From a virus: DNA of 64,000 nt. Position numbers and translations under genes: made by a program. The DNA is taken from IMG/VR virus record IMGVR_UViG_3300045988_141012. The stretch is one strand, 5' to 3'. The notes below the pieces were generated by a model. The model saw only the letters and a program-made list of their open reading frames with translations, made no database searches and was not told where the DNA came from. This document shows positions 42,461 through 52,093 of this stretch, piece by piece; positions within the stretch are counted from its first letter, which is position 1, and the number at the start of each line of letters is the position of its first letter.

Positions 42461-43093
42461 TTATTCTGCAAGATAAACATCTTTGTACACAACACCCATG
42501 TCTAATGCCATTGAATGAGTTGGTACTGCTACGTCAATATGATTTCCTCCAAAAGCTCCACAATCTTCGGCTCGTCTATAACCATAGCCATCTATGTACA
42601 CCCATTGTAACTTTCCAATTACAGATGAATCGACTGCAATGGTTTGACCAGGAATAATTTGTCCTGCCCAAGCAGTACGACCACTATTTGAGCCATTACA
42701 CGTATAACATGGACAATAATGTGTAATTTTAAATCTACCAAGATATTTGCCTTTTGTTTTACCATTTGAATCACTTGCAACTTCTTGTTTGTCCAAATCT
42801 TCTTTATTATCAACAAAATATGTACCATAGCAATATCCTTGAGTCTCACCGTCCCAAACTTCATACCACTTACCTGTTTCATCAACACCTATAACTTGAA
42901 GTTCAGTTCCTTTCGGGAATACCTTGATTATTTCACTATCTTCTGTGCTTGGCTTGATTCGACAGTTCAAACCGTTTTGAGCAGAAACATAATGTGTTTC
43001 CCACTTTGTTTCGTCTGCACTTACGCCTATCATTCCTGTTGCCATTGATACAACTGCTATTACTCCACATATTACTTTTCTTAAATTTCTCAT
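42461..43093 (-). CDS. Secreted SH3b + 3D-domain protein (MltA/RlpA-like cell-wall hydrolase fold)
   Basis: Signal peptide MRNLRKVICGVIAVVSMATGMIGVSA. SH3b-like segment NGLNCRIKPSTEDSEIIKVFPKGTELQVIG. 3D-domain-like segment FKITHYCPCYTCNG...GQTIAVDSSVI...YRRAEDCG. Confidence 0.7.
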   Translation of the reverse strand: MRNLRKVICGVIAVVSMATGMIGVSADETKWETHYVSAQNGLNCRIKPSTEDSEIIKVFPKGTELQVIGVDETGKWYEVWDGETQGYCYGTYFVDNKEDLDKQEVASDSNGKTKGKYLGRFKITHYCPCYTCNGSNSGRTAWAGQIIPGQTIAVDSSVIGKLQWVYIDGYGYRRAEDCGAFGGNHIDVAVPTHSMALDMGVVYKDVYLAE

Positions 43094-43109
43094 TGTTTAA
43101 ATTCCTTTC

Positions 43110-43313
43110 TCATTCGTTTTCATAAGTTTCTTTTATACATTCATTACATCCAACAATCTCATTATTGAATATGTTCTTATATAATACTTCTGCCTCTTCG
43201 TTACAAATTGGACAAATTATCGGAGAATCATCATAATCATATTCCCCATAGTTACCTGTCCTTGCAATCTCCATAGCTGAAATTGCCATTGGATCATTGT
43301 TTGAATAAATCAT
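43110..43313 (-). CDS. Small Zn-ribbon protein
   Basis: CPICNEE...GCNECIKE. ORF track. Confidence 0.6.
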   Translation of the reverse strand: MIYSNNDPMAISAMEIARTGNYGEYDYDDSPIICPICNEEAEVLYKNIFNNEIVGCNECIKETYENE

Positions 43314-43678
43314 TTTCTATTTTTCTCCATCGGTTTAAAGATTGTTATTTCAACCTCATCACCATTTTTCTTTGTATCCTCCCATACATTTACGTTGTAT
43401 TCCTTTTTACTGTCTTTCCATGGTACTTTATAAGTTTCGCCGTCAATAGTAATTGATGTAATATCTTTAAGTTCTTCAAGTTTATATATACAATCTTCTC
43501 TGTCAATGCATTCATCTTCGCACAATGCATTATTAGACGGCTTAATCTTCATATAAACTTTGTTGACGTATCTCTTTATTTCTCTACCGTTAAAGTAAAG
43601 ATTAGTAGAGATATTAATACTGGCAAAATCTTTCTTTGGAATATCTATTCCCTCATTACTTTTCTGAATATGAATCAT
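43310..43678 (-). CDS. Hypothetical protein
   Basis: ORF track. 4-nt overlap with the downstream gene. Confidence 0.6.
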   Translation of the reverse strand: MIHIQKSNEGIDIPKKDFASINISTNLYFNGREIKRYVNKVYMKIKPSNNALCEDECIDREDCIYKLEELKDITSITIDGETYKVPWKDSKKEYNVNVWEDTKKNGDEVEITIFKPMEKNRK

Positions 43679-43679
43679 A

Positions 43680-45671
43680 TTATTTTTCTCCTTCTATCAT
43701 TTGTTTGAATTTGACTTCGCTAATAATTGGAATACCCAAACTCTTAGCGGCTTTATTTTTTGACGACACACTTTCGGTATCATTGTTGATTAAATAATCT
43801 GTCTTTTTTGTGACAGAACTTACAACTTTACCACCACGACTTTCAATCTCTTTAACTAATTCGGCACGATTAGAGTAACTGATTAACTTTCCGGTAATAC
43901 AAAAACTTTTACCTTGAAGTGTATCTACTGTACTATTCTCTTTTTCTTTTTCAAAAATGAACTCATTTGCTAAATCTAAAATATCTAAATTGTATTTATT
44001 CCAATAGTCAGTCATAGACATAGCTAACTCAATTCCAATACCATCAATATGCGTAAATGCTTTTCTCTCCTTGTTTGACAATACGTTCACAAATATATTA
44101 AAATCATTTTCACATACTTTTGAAATATCTTTGCTTGCGTTTTTCCCCAACAACGGAATGCTTAATGAATACAAGAACTGAGCCAATGTCGTATTTCTAC
44201 TTTTCTGAATTGCTAATAATAGCTTTTCGACAGATTTTTGACCGAAGCCTTCAAGAGATTGAATTTGTTCTTTAAAATCTTCAAGATGATAAATATCTTT
44301 GATGGACTTTATATATCCAAGTTGAATAAATCTTTTTAGAGATGCTTCTGATAAGTTTTCAATATTAAGAGCATTTTTTGAAACTGCATGAGACAGTCTT
44401 TTTAATAACTTTCCCTCACAATATTCATTTGTACAAATCAAAACTTCTGAGTTATTGTCCTTCTTGATTGTGGTCGGTTGATGACATATAGGACAATGTG
44501 TTGGGATTGGTATGTATTGTCTTTTTGTAGTGTGGTTATCTATTTCGCCCCAACGAATAGCAGGAACGATGAGATTTGCTTTAAATACTCCGATTTTCTG
44601 ACCAATCCAAGGATTTCCTAATAATTCTTTCATTATTGATATATTATGTAGAGTTGCTCTTTCAACAGTAGTACCTTCAATTTCTACTGGCTCAAATACC
44701 GCCGTTGGAGTTAATACTCCTGTTTTACCGATTGTATATTCAATATTCTTCAATGTGGTTTCTACTGAATCATTCTTAACCTTAAAGGCGATACCATTTC
44801 TGAAATGGTGGCTTGTGTTGCCAAGAGATTTACCATATTGCACATCATCAAATTTAAAAACAACTCCATCTTGTGGAAGGCATTCTTGTTCCGCAATGTC
44901 CAACATTTTATCTATAACTACCTGATAGTCCATATGTACGTTTTCAAACGAAACAACATCAAAAAACGGAACTACATCAAACCCTAATTCGCTTGCTTCT
45001 GCGAGTTGATTATGGAATGAAAGGTTCGTTTCATCGACACTATCATTTTCGATAACTTCCCACGCAAACCAACTCAATCGTCTATCTTTTACAACTGACG
45101 TATCAAGACTTGATAATGTACCGGCAGCAAGATTACGACTATTTTTAAATTGTCCGTCTTTATTTATCTTGGCGAAATCATCAAGTGTTATCAATGCCTC
45201 ACCATCAATAACATAAGTTCCTTCCTTATTAATATGTAACGGAACATTTTGAAATTGTTTTACTGCCTGAGTAATATCATTACCTTCTATACCATTGCCC
45301 CTTGACTCAGCTCTTACCAAGTCACCATTCTCATAAATCAATCTACACGACAAACCGTCTAATTTTATAGAAGCAACAAGAGGACGATAATTTGCAAACT
45401 TCTCAATTTCTTCGACTGAGTGGCATTTATTAAGTGATAGCATTGGTGTCTTATGCACTACTTTAGCGATACTATTCAATACTTCCGTTCCAACTTTTTG
45501 TGTTGGGCTATTTGCCATTGTTATATTTGTTTCTTCTTCCAATGAACGTAAATCTTCAAGTTTTGAATCAAATTCCGCATCGCTCATTATCGGCTTTGCC
45601 GTATTATAATAAGCATTTGCCGCATTATTTAATTCAGCAATTAATTCTTTCATTCGTGTTATTTTATTCAT
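43680..45671 (-). CDS. ligA: NAD-dependent DNA ligase
   Basis: Adenylation motif SIKLDGLS, an OB fold, Zn finger CPICHQPT...CTNEYCEGK, HhH repeats and a C-terminal BRCT (FCITGKL...). Confidence 0.9.
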   Translation of the reverse strand: MNKITRMKELIAELNNAANAYYNTAKPIMSDAEFDSKLEDLRSLEEETNITMANSPTQKVGTEVLNSIAKVVHKTPMLSLNKCHSVEEIEKFANYRPLVASIKLDGLSCRLIYENGDLVRAESRGNGIEGNDITQAVKQFQNVPLHINKEGTYVIDGEALITLDDFAKINKDGQFKNSRNLAAGTLSSLDTSVVKDRRLSWFAWEVIENDSVDETNLSFHNQLAEASELGFDVVPFFDVVSFENVHMDYQVVIDKMLDIAEQECLPQDGVVFKFDDVQYGKSLGNTSHHFRNGIAFKVKNDSVETTLKNIEYTIGKTGVLTPTAVFEPVEIEGTTVERATLHNISIMKELLGNPWIGQKIGVFKANLIVPAIRWGEIDNHTTKRQYIPIPTHCPICHQPTTIKKDNNSEVLICTNEYCEGKLLKRLSHAVSKNALNIENLSEASLKRFIQLGYIKSIKDIYHLEDFKEQIQSLEGFGQKSVEKLLLAIQKSRNTTLAQFLYSLSIPLLGKNASKDISKVCENDFNIFVNVLSNKERKAFTHIDGIGIELAMSMTDYWNKYNLDILDLANEFIFEKEKENSTVDTLQGKSFCITGKLISYSNRAELVKEIESRGGKVVSSVTKKTDYLINNDTESVSSKNKAAKSLGIPIISEVKFKQMIEGEK

Positions 45672-45782
45672 TTAACCCACCTTATCTATCCATGTTATCC
45701 CTAAATTTTCGCAAAAAATTAAAGCCTCCTCTTTGGTCTGGAAGATTTTATAGCTTCCACAACCATAGAATACAACATACAT
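45672..45782 (-). CDS. Small protein (36 aa) resembling the RNase H1/viroplasmin N-terminal hybrid-binding fold
   Basis: The ATG directly follows the upstream stop, and its own stop abuts the ligA ATG. It encodes MYVVFYGCGSYKIFQTKEEALIFCENLGITWIDKVG. Confidence 0.4.
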   Translation of the reverse strand: MYVVFYGCGSYKIFQTKEEALIFCENLGITWIDKVG

Positions 45783-46469
45783 TTATATATTCTCCCTCTC
45801 ATCAGGAAATATCAATTCCTGTGCATACGGAAGTGTTCTTGCCCAACCGATGAATGACTTTGACCATTCTGTCAATTTGTGAAATCTTCTCTGACCTTTT
45901 GAACACATCGCCAAAAGATTTTCGTATGTCATTGTAACGGTTCTTGTCTGCTGCCACGCTGACGGCAACCATCTGATAAGTTCTTTCCAATATGCCTTAT
46001 CCTTTGTTTCAAGATACTTTACACGCATACTCTCCAAAAATTCTATATGCTTGTCTATCACATCACCAAGTTTTGTGCCGTCATAATCAAGATCTGAATT
46101 GTAATCGTCAATTTCAAAACACTCGGCAGTAATAGGTGTTGACGCAAGTTTGTGCATTGTCGATGTGCTGTTTGCGGTTGTACCAACCTTATACGTATCA
46201 AATTCTTTCCACCAGTAAAGCGGAGCAGTAATATCAACAGACACAAAAATCTGACGCATAAATTTTCTGTGTTCGCTGCCTGCTTTTATAAGTCTTTGTG
46301 CAAGTCCCAAATCATTTTCGCCAATATGATAGTATTCATCAGGAACAAACAAACTACTTAAGGTCGATGCTCTCCATCCGCTATCGCTTTTACGATGACT
46401 TTTCAATGGATTTCTCATCCCACGCAAGCTACCTTCAAAATTAAATACTTCTGTATTTTCAAATTTCAT
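45783..46469 (-). CDS. ThyX-like (Thy1-fold) protein, putative FAD-dependent thymidylate synthase
   Basis: LRGMRNPLKSHRKSDS and WWKEFDTYKVGTTANSTSTMHKL recall phage Thy1-family proteins. The canonical RHR..S..Q.S.RY motif is not obvious. Confidence 0.5.
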   Translation of the reverse strand: MKFENTEVFNFEGSLRGMRNPLKSHRKSDSGWRASTLSSLFVPDEYYHIGENDLGLAQRLIKAGSEHRKFMRQIFVSVDITAPLYWWKEFDTYKVGTTANSTSTMHKLASTPITAECFEIDDYNSDLDYDGTKLGDVIDKHIEFLESMRVKYLETKDKAYWKELIRWLPSAWQQTRTVTMTYENLLAMCSKGQRRFHKLTEWSKSFIGWARTLPYAQELIFPDERENI

Positions 46470-46487
46470 TTTATGTATTCTCCTTAT

Positions 46488-46631
46488 TTATATATCTTTA
46501 AAAATGCTACTTATAATAACCAAAATGCCTATTATCCAAATTGGGCTAAGTACCCATAACCATGACCACTGTATTAAACCAATTATTTTCAAAACAATAA
46601 AAATTATTGCCAATACATCTAAAATTCCCAT
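46488..46631 (-). CDS. Small membrane protein (47 aa)
   Basis: GGAGG + 7 nt + ATG. It encodes MGILDVLAIIFIVLKIIGLIQWSWLWVLSPIWIIGILVIISSIFKDI. Below the ORF-track cut-off. Confidence 0.55.
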   Translation of the reverse strand: MGILDVLAIIFIVLKIIGLIQWSWLWVLSPIWIIGILVIISSIFKDI

Positions 46632-46649
46632 TCTTCCGCCTCCATCTTT

Positions 46650-46949
46650 CTATCTGCTCTTTTCTTCGTTTGTATTTTCTACATCTTCTATCATTACTTC
46701 CGTTTCTAATTTCAATAACCACTCATTAATTGTTTCTCTTAGAATCTTGTAAATATTTTGATTACCTATGCTACCAGAATGTTGTGCGTTAAAATCTTTG
46801 ACAATTTGCTTTATATTATTAGACAAACCACATCCTATCTTTGTACCTGGATATTCTGTTGAGATACTTATTATTTGATTGGGGAAACCTACCCCCTCTA
46901 AAGACTGTGTAATTATTCCATTAAAGCCTATTTCTACTGAATATTTCAT
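46650..46949 (-). CDS. Hypothetical protein
   Basis: AAAGGAG RBS before the internal ATG (MKYSVEIGF...). Confidence 0.6.
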   Translation of the reverse strand: MKYSVEIGFNGIITQSLEGVGFPNQIISISTEYPGTKIGCGLSNNIKQIVKDFNAQHSGSIGNQNIYKILRETINEWLLKLETEVMIEDVENTNEEKSR

Positions 46950-46979
46950 ATAATATATTCTCCTTTCTTTAACATACAA

Positions 46980-47243
46980 TTAATCTTCAGGAATAATAAT
47001 TTCATAAATATCTTCTGATGATTTTATATATTCTTTTGTTTGTCGCTCTTGAATTTTTCGAAGCAATTCATCTACCAACGACATATTTACACTATTTTCA
47101 TATTCTTTCATAGAAGAATAACGCCAGACGCCAAATCCATTTATATGATTTCCAAGTTCATCTATACATTGTACTGGCATATATACATTACACAAACCGT
47201 CTTCATTTTCTCTTATGTATTCCGCTGGAAATAAATTCAACAT
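46980..47243 (-). CDS. Hypothetical protein
   Basis: ORF track. Tightly packed on the same strand. Confidence 0.6.
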   Translation of the reverse strand: MLNLFPAEYIRENEDGLCNVYMPVQCIDELGNHINGFGVWRYSSMKEYENSVNMSLVDELLRKIQERQTKEYIKSSEDIYEIIIPED

Positions 47244-47277
47244 ATTTCTCCTTTCTTTGAAACGAAAGTTTCGTTAT

Positions 47278-47802
47278 TTAATCTTCAAGTTTTATATTAA
47301 ACTTTTCAGCAATAATTTTTATTAATTTGAACGGAATTGGATCAAGTCCACCGCCTGTTTGTTCAAATCCTTCTAACTGAATTCCTTCTAATTTTGTCTT
47401 ACCAATATTCATAACCGCTTGTAATATTTGTTCATATTTTAATTTTACTGTTTCTTCGTTATAATTGTCAGGAAGCATTTTGTTTATTGCAAAATTTAAA
47501 TTAGTGTCATTAAATTTTCGAAAAACATATACAAATTCTTTACTTTCCGAATCATCATCCTCTTTTGACAGACGCTGAAATGTATAGATAGGAAATGACT
47601 GACCATTAATTTTGCCTTGTATAAGAACTCGATTGAAAGGTGTGTAAGTTTTATCATCACTGTAATTACATTCTTTAATACTACAGTCAATATGACAAGA
47701 ACAATATTCTTCCGCTTTCTTACGATTTTTAAATACAGCTCTTACCTCTTTAGTAGTTTTTTCACCATAAAATAATTCTTCAACCACATAAACTTTTTCC
47801 AC
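47278..47802 (-). CDS. Hypothetical protein
   Basis: ORF track. Confidence 0.6.
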   Translation of the reverse strand: MEKVYVVEELFYGEKTTKEVRAVFKNRKKAEEYCSCHIDCSIKECNYSDDKTYTPFNRVLIQGKINGQSFPIYTFQRLSKEDDDSESKEFVYVFRKFNDTNLNFAINKMLPDNYNEETVKLKYEQILQAVMNIGKTKLEGIQLEGFEQTGGGLDPIPFKLIKIIAEKFNIKLED

Positions 47803-47826
47803 AATTAAATATTCTCCTTCTGTTCA

Positions 47827-48153
47827 TTATAATATTTCTACCACAATTCCAAAGATATTGTTTTTATTAATTGTCCCATTCACATGCCCATGATTGTTAG
47901 ATATTTGATAACTAACACAATTTTTGATAGCAGAGATTTTATGTAAATAATAATTGCCCTTGACCTTACATAATACAATATCATTTTTCTTTAGTGGTGT
48001 ATCTTTTGTCACTGGTTTGCAAATTACAGGTTGACCAGATTTAAGAATAGGGGTCATAGATTGTCCATATCCAACAACTTTGCAAATTTCACCATTCTTT
48101 AAATGTTCTGCCGTAATTGCATTTTCTTTTCCCTCAAAATCATAATTGATCAT
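47827..48153 (-). CDS. S24/S26-type peptidase-fold protein without DNA-binding domain
   Basis: VVGYGQSMTPILKSGQPVICKPV...NDIVLCKVKGNYYLHKI resembles the G(D/Q)SM.P....GD.V block of LexA/signal-peptidase-like proteins. Confidence 0.5.
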   Translation of the reverse strand: MINYDFEGKENAITAEHLKNGEICKVVGYGQSMTPILKSGQPVICKPVTKDTPLKKNDIVLCKVKGNYYLHKISAIKNCVSYQISNNHGHVNGTINKNNIFGIVVEIL

Positions 48154-48198
48154 TTTAATAAAAATTTTTCCTCTCTTTGAAACCGAACTTTCATTTGG

Positions 48199-48459
48199 TC
48201 ATTCCCAACTGATTTCATATGCCGTCGAATAAGATGATATATCAAAAATATTATAACCAAGACTTTTTAATTTGTTGACTGTTCCATCACTCAGTTCTCC
48301 TATATACATTATAGAAACTCCACCTCTGGCAACCGTCTCTTTAATTCGTTTTGAAATTTCACTTAGTTCTTGACTGTTATAATTTTTAAGAACTTCTTTC
48401 GTCTTTTGTTGTGCTTCTTGTGCTGACCACAAAATATCTGATGATATTAAATTATCCAT
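48199..48459 (-). CDS. Hypothetical protein
   Basis: ORF track. Confidence 0.6.
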   Translation of the reverse strand: MDNLISSDILWSAQEAQQKTKEVLKNYNSQELSEISKRIKETVARGGVSIMYIGELSDGTVNKLKSLGYNIFDISSYSTAYEISWE

Positions 48460-48480
48460 ATTAATATTCTCCTTCTATTT

Positions 48481-48894
48481 TTATTTTACAAATTCATAAG
48501 TTCCATCTGTATGTGTTTTCAACTTCCACCCTTTACAATCAACCAATATCTGTTTATATCCATATCGCTTAATCCATTTCTTATTTATTCTTTTCTTTTT
48601 GTGTTTACGGGCTTGTTTAAATTTTATAATCTGAAAATTGTATTTATCTGGTGCGTTAGCAACGTCAATTCCTATCAGTGATGTTAAACTTATTGTACCA
48701 ATAGAAATATCTATCGACAAGCTACGTGCAGAAAGGTCGATAAAAGAGCTCAAAGCTTTCCTATCTTTATCAAATGAATAATTTCTCGATTCAACACTAA
48801 ATAAATTGTCTTCCAAATTATCTATGTAACAAAGTTCTTCTCCTGTTTCTGAATTAATCAAACTAAGAATAAGATTTTCTTCTTTTATTGGCAT
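48481..48894 (-). CDS. Hypothetical protein
   Basis: Start moved to the internal ATG preceded by AAAGAGGTG (MPIKEEN...). Confidence 0.6.
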   Translation of the reverse strand: MPIKEENLILSLINSETGEELCYIDNLEDNLFSVESRNYSFDKDRKALSSFIDLSARSLSIDISIGTISLTSLIGIDVANAPDKYNFQIIKFKQARKHKKKRINKKWIKRYGYKQILVDCKGWKLKTHTDGTYEFVK

Positions 48895-48907
48895 TTGTTC
48901 ACCTCTT

Positions 48908-49321
48908 TTATCTTTCTTTGACAAGTTCTCGTTTGAAGTAATCATGTAATCCCACATCAGTTAAAATTTCTTCTTTATCATCAGAGTTGTGTACTTTATG
49001 ATGAGGATATTTATAGCAAGCAAGTTGATAAGCAAGAGCATCAATTACTTCAAGGAGATGATCTGCGTCAGTTGGTTCGTCCAAATCTACAACTTCAACC
49101 TTTGCTCCTTTGATATCTATACTGAAATCATTCACATAAAAAGTTTCACAATTTTTTATTTTATCAAAATTTTTATCTATCTCTCCATATGTCTCTTGAC
49201 TATTTATTTGACTTATGACCAATTGTCTTGCATATACATCAGAAAAGACTGCTCCTTCTGACTTTTCAGACATCATTATAGGCATCGTTATCTTTGATAT
49301 ATGATTAATACTTTTCTTCAA
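48908..49321 (-). CDS. Hypothetical protein
   Basis: ORF track. AAAGGAGG upstream. Confidence 0.6.
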   Translation of the reverse strand: MKKSINHISKITMPIMMSEKSEGAVFSDVYARQLVISQINSQETYGEIDKNFDKIKNCETFYVNDFSIDIKGAKVEVVDLDEPTDADHLLEVIDALAYQLACYKYPHHKVHNSDDKEEILTDVGLHDYFKRELVKER

Positions 49322-49355
49322 AGCAAAACCTCCTTTGTGAATATTCTTCTCACAT

Positions 49356-49673
49356 TTATTCGTTTACATATTCATAATATCCCTTATCAAAACACATAAA
49401 ATCAATAATGACATCTTGTATATTAGCTGTGTCACATTCCATATATTCTCCGTATAGATATTCCAATGTGTTGTCTTTTTGAAGTAGGTCATTATAATAA
49501 TCATTCCATTCTTCATCATCACAACCGTCAAAAAAATCAATGATCTCGTCCTTAATGCAATATTCATATGCATAAGCTGATAATAATTCACGTTTTGGTA
49601 AGTCGGAGTCAGTGACCAAATCACTAACCCAACTCTCCATTTCTTTATATAATTTCTCCCTTAATTTATCCAT
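49356..49673 (-). CDS. Hypothetical acidic protein
   Basis: ORF track. Confidence 0.6.
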   Translation of the reverse strand: MDKLREKLYKEMESWVSDLVTDSDLPKRELLSAYAYEYCIKDEIIDFFDGCDDEEWNDYYNDLLQKDNTLEYLYGEYMECDTANIQDVIIDFMCFDKGYYEYVNE

Positions 49674-50290
49674 TTCAATTCACTCTTTCCTTTATATCCT
49701 TTCTCAAACTCAAACCACGCATAAGCCACCGCACTACCACCACCGGCTTTCATCTCATCAAACATTGCGTTCTTTGCACAAAGAATTCGGCTGCTTGATA
49801 CATAGACACATTTAGGCGGATATTTTTCAAATAATTTTCGACGAGTCTTACCTTCAAGAAACTGTACTTTTAAAAACATAAATACTCTACGACCTTTAGG
49901 AATTATCTCCATTGCATGTTCAATAAACTCTTTTGCATATTTATATGGCGGATTAGTTAGAACATCTCCCTCCCAAACACCATCATATGTAAGAAAATCA
50001 ATTCCACCTTTGCCATAACCTCTATAAACTAAATCGGTGGAATACACATCGTAACCATAATCTTTTAATCTATCAGATAAATCCCCTCGTCCACAAGCAC
50101 ACTCCCAAATAGGCTTATCAAATGTCACTTTGCCATCTCTGATAAGAACATCTATTGCGATAGGGTCAGTGGCATAATAGTCTTCATTTTGCCTTTCTTT
50201 ATCTGTATGGTTGCTTGCACCAAGTGTTTTAAACACACTGTTTTTGTTGCCTGTCCAATCTTTTTCTATTTTATTCTTCAATTTGTTCAC
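49661..50290 (-). CDS. N6-adenine DNA methyltransferase (orphan)
   Basis: SAM motif ECACGRGDLS and catalytic TNPPY. No adjacent restriction gene. Confidence 0.75.
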   Translation of the reverse strand: MNKLKNKIEKDWTGNKNSVFKTLGASNHTDKERQNEDYYATDPIAIDVLIRDGKVTFDKPIWECACGRGDLSDRLKDYGYDVYSTDLVYRGYGKGGIDFLTYDGVWEGDVLTNPPYKYAKEFIEHAMEIIPKGRRVFMFLKVQFLEGKTRRKLFEKYPPKCVYVSSSRILCAKNAMFDEMKAGGGSAVAYAWFEFEKGYKGKSELKWIN

Positions 50291-50380
50291 CTATAATTAG
50301 TATCTACGTAGATTTACTCACTGTGAACGTTTTATCCTTTCGTATATTTTTTGTAATTACATTTATATAATTCTCTTTAT

Positions 50381-50465
50381 TTTCCGGAAAGTTTGAGCAG
50401 ATTTGCTCATTGAATTAAAAACAATTTATTAGATGAAAAACATAATTCGTTAGTTGTTTTCATCT
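50381..50465. promoter_or_regulatory. Intergenic palindromes/hairpins between two minus-strand gene blocks
   Basis: TTTCCGGAAA (50381-90), TGAGCA-GATT-TGCTCA (50394-409), and the long hairpin AGATGAAAAACA...TGTTTTCATCT (50431-65). Confidence 0.3.
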
Positions 50466-50495
50466 CTACATTTTTCAAATTTTCTAATAATTATT

Positions 50496-51206
50496 TCAAC
50501 TTTCACATTCATCTTCTAAATTCATTTCAAGTTTATATCCCATTGCTACACGTTGACAACTCATTAAATATTCGTCTGCTGTTAAACTTGGAACAATTCT
50601 ACAGCCACCTTTTCTGCCGATTTTAATATCAAATGGAATAAGCTTGGTTTTATTATTTTTATTTATTGTACTAATTCTAATGGAGTCTAAAATAATATTT
50701 TTATATGTACTATAATCTATATCATAAAAGTCTCCCGTAAATCTTGTAAGACTTGGAACTATAACAACTTCTTGTTTTTCATCTACTATTTCACTTTTGG
50801 GGTCGTCAAATCCTAAAATACCTTTATCGAGTAGCATATTCAAATATTTAATTGTGTTGATTTGTACATATAAATCGCGTTTTTGTTCAATATCCTTAAT
50901 TTTATAAAATTCGTTGAATATATAATCTTTACAGCCAAAATATGTTGTAAACCCACAAATAATTTTATTACTTTTCTCATTAAAAGCTATTCGGAATTGA
51001 GAATAATCATCATATTTATCATTATCAAAATTACAACCTTCAAAATGTTCCCACCATACACCATCCTTCAAAACTATCTTATGACGTAAATACTTTTTCA
51101 GTTCTTCCCAATTCAATATCTTTAATTTTTCGATGTTCGATGGGGTTAAGTTGTATTTGTTTGGATATTTCTTTATTAAATTAAAATCTATGTAGAAATT
51201 TGCCAT
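50496..51206 (-). CDS. Hypothetical protein
   Basis: ORF track. Confidence 0.6.
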   Translation of the reverse strand: MANFYIDFNLIKKYPNKYNLTPSNIEKLKILNWEELKKYLRHKIVLKDGVWWEHFEGCNFDNDKYDDYSQFRIAFNEKSNKIICGFTTYFGCKDYIFNEFYKIKDIEQKRDLYVQINTIKYLNMLLDKGILGFDDPKSEIVDEKQEVVIVPSLTRFTGDFYDIDYSTYKNIILDSIRISTINKNNKTKLIPFDIKIGRKGGCRIVPSLTADEYLMSCQRVAMGYKLEMNLEDECES

Positions 51207-51221
51207 ATCTTTCTCTCCTTA

Positions 51222-51461
51222 TTAATAATCATCTTCTTCATCGGATCTTTCTGGTTCTTCCAACTCCATTCCCAATATTGTTCCGATGTCATAAGCAGCC
51301 CATGCAGTTGCACAATCATATCCGTCATTAAAGACATCTGGGAAATTTCCTTCTGAGCGTTCCCATGTCCAACCAGTAGCATATTGTTTATAGTTTGCTT
51401 TTACCCAATCCTTCAAATTTGTTTCTATATTTTTATCCATAATTTTATCTCTCCTCTTCAA
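51222..51461 (-). CDS. Hypothetical protein
   Basis: ORF track. Confidence 0.6.
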   Translation of the reverse strand: MKRRDKIMDKNIETNLKDWVKANYKQYATGWTWERSEGNFPDVFNDGYDCATAWAAYDIGTILGMELEEPERSDEEDDY

Positions 51462-51780
51462 ATTTTCCTATTTTACATTCAGGCACATCACAAAAATGTT
51501 CTGCAAATACATTGTTGTCACTATATATGAATTTATTATCTTGAAATGGGCATCTATAATCAACGCAATCAATCTGACCGCTTTCAAATACCTCTACAAT
51601 TGCATGCTTACAATTAATACAAGTCTTAGCTTTCATAAAATGTTTACAATTATCCAAATCATTATAATCCGGGACTTCTTGTTCAGTAATTGCACAACAA
51701 CATTTCCCGTCATAAGAAGAATACATATTCTTACAGTTATTGCTCATGCAATTCATGATTTTCCTCCTCTTGAAACTCAC
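51445..51780 (-). CDS. Cys-rich hypothetical protein
   Basis: ORF track. Many CxxC-type pairs. Confidence 0.6.
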   Translation of the reverse strand: MSFKRRKIMNCMSNNCKNMYSSYDGKCCCAITEQEVPDYNDLDNCKHFMKAKTCINCKHAIVEVFESGQIDCVDYRCPFQDNKFIYSDNNVFAEHFCDVPECKIGKFEEER

Positions 51781-51796
51781 ATTTCATAATATACTT

Positions 51797-52057
51797 TTAA
51801 CTGATAGAAACATAACCACAACTGTTCGGTGCAATCAAATTCAAATCAATAATCATTTTCCCGTCAACATACTCTTTGTTGATTTCAATATTTTTGATTA
51901 TAATTGCATCTTCTGTTATTTCGGTTATTTCACCTATGTAGTGGTTATGACAATTTGATTTTTCATTATATATCATAAATGCAATATCCTGCCCGACAGA
52001 AAATTTCAAATTATTATCTGCATTTAAAGTCTTTGTAGTTTTAATACTATATTTCAT
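51797..52057 (-). CDS. Hypothetical protein
   Basis: ORF track. Confidence 0.6.
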   Translation of the reverse strand: MKYSIKTTKTLNADNNLKFSVGQDIAFMIYNEKSNCHNHYIGEITEITEDAIIIKNIEINKEYVDGKMIIDLNLIAPNSCGYVSIS

Positions 52058-52093
52058 ATGTTACACTACCTTCCTAATAAAGTGTCCTAATCC

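Noticed and set aside
45500-46752. Plus-strand ORFs 45500-45853, 46152-46361 and 46504-46752
   Set aside because: They are antisense to ligA, the ThyX-like gene and the small membrane protein gene. They have low-complexity translations and no translation signals.
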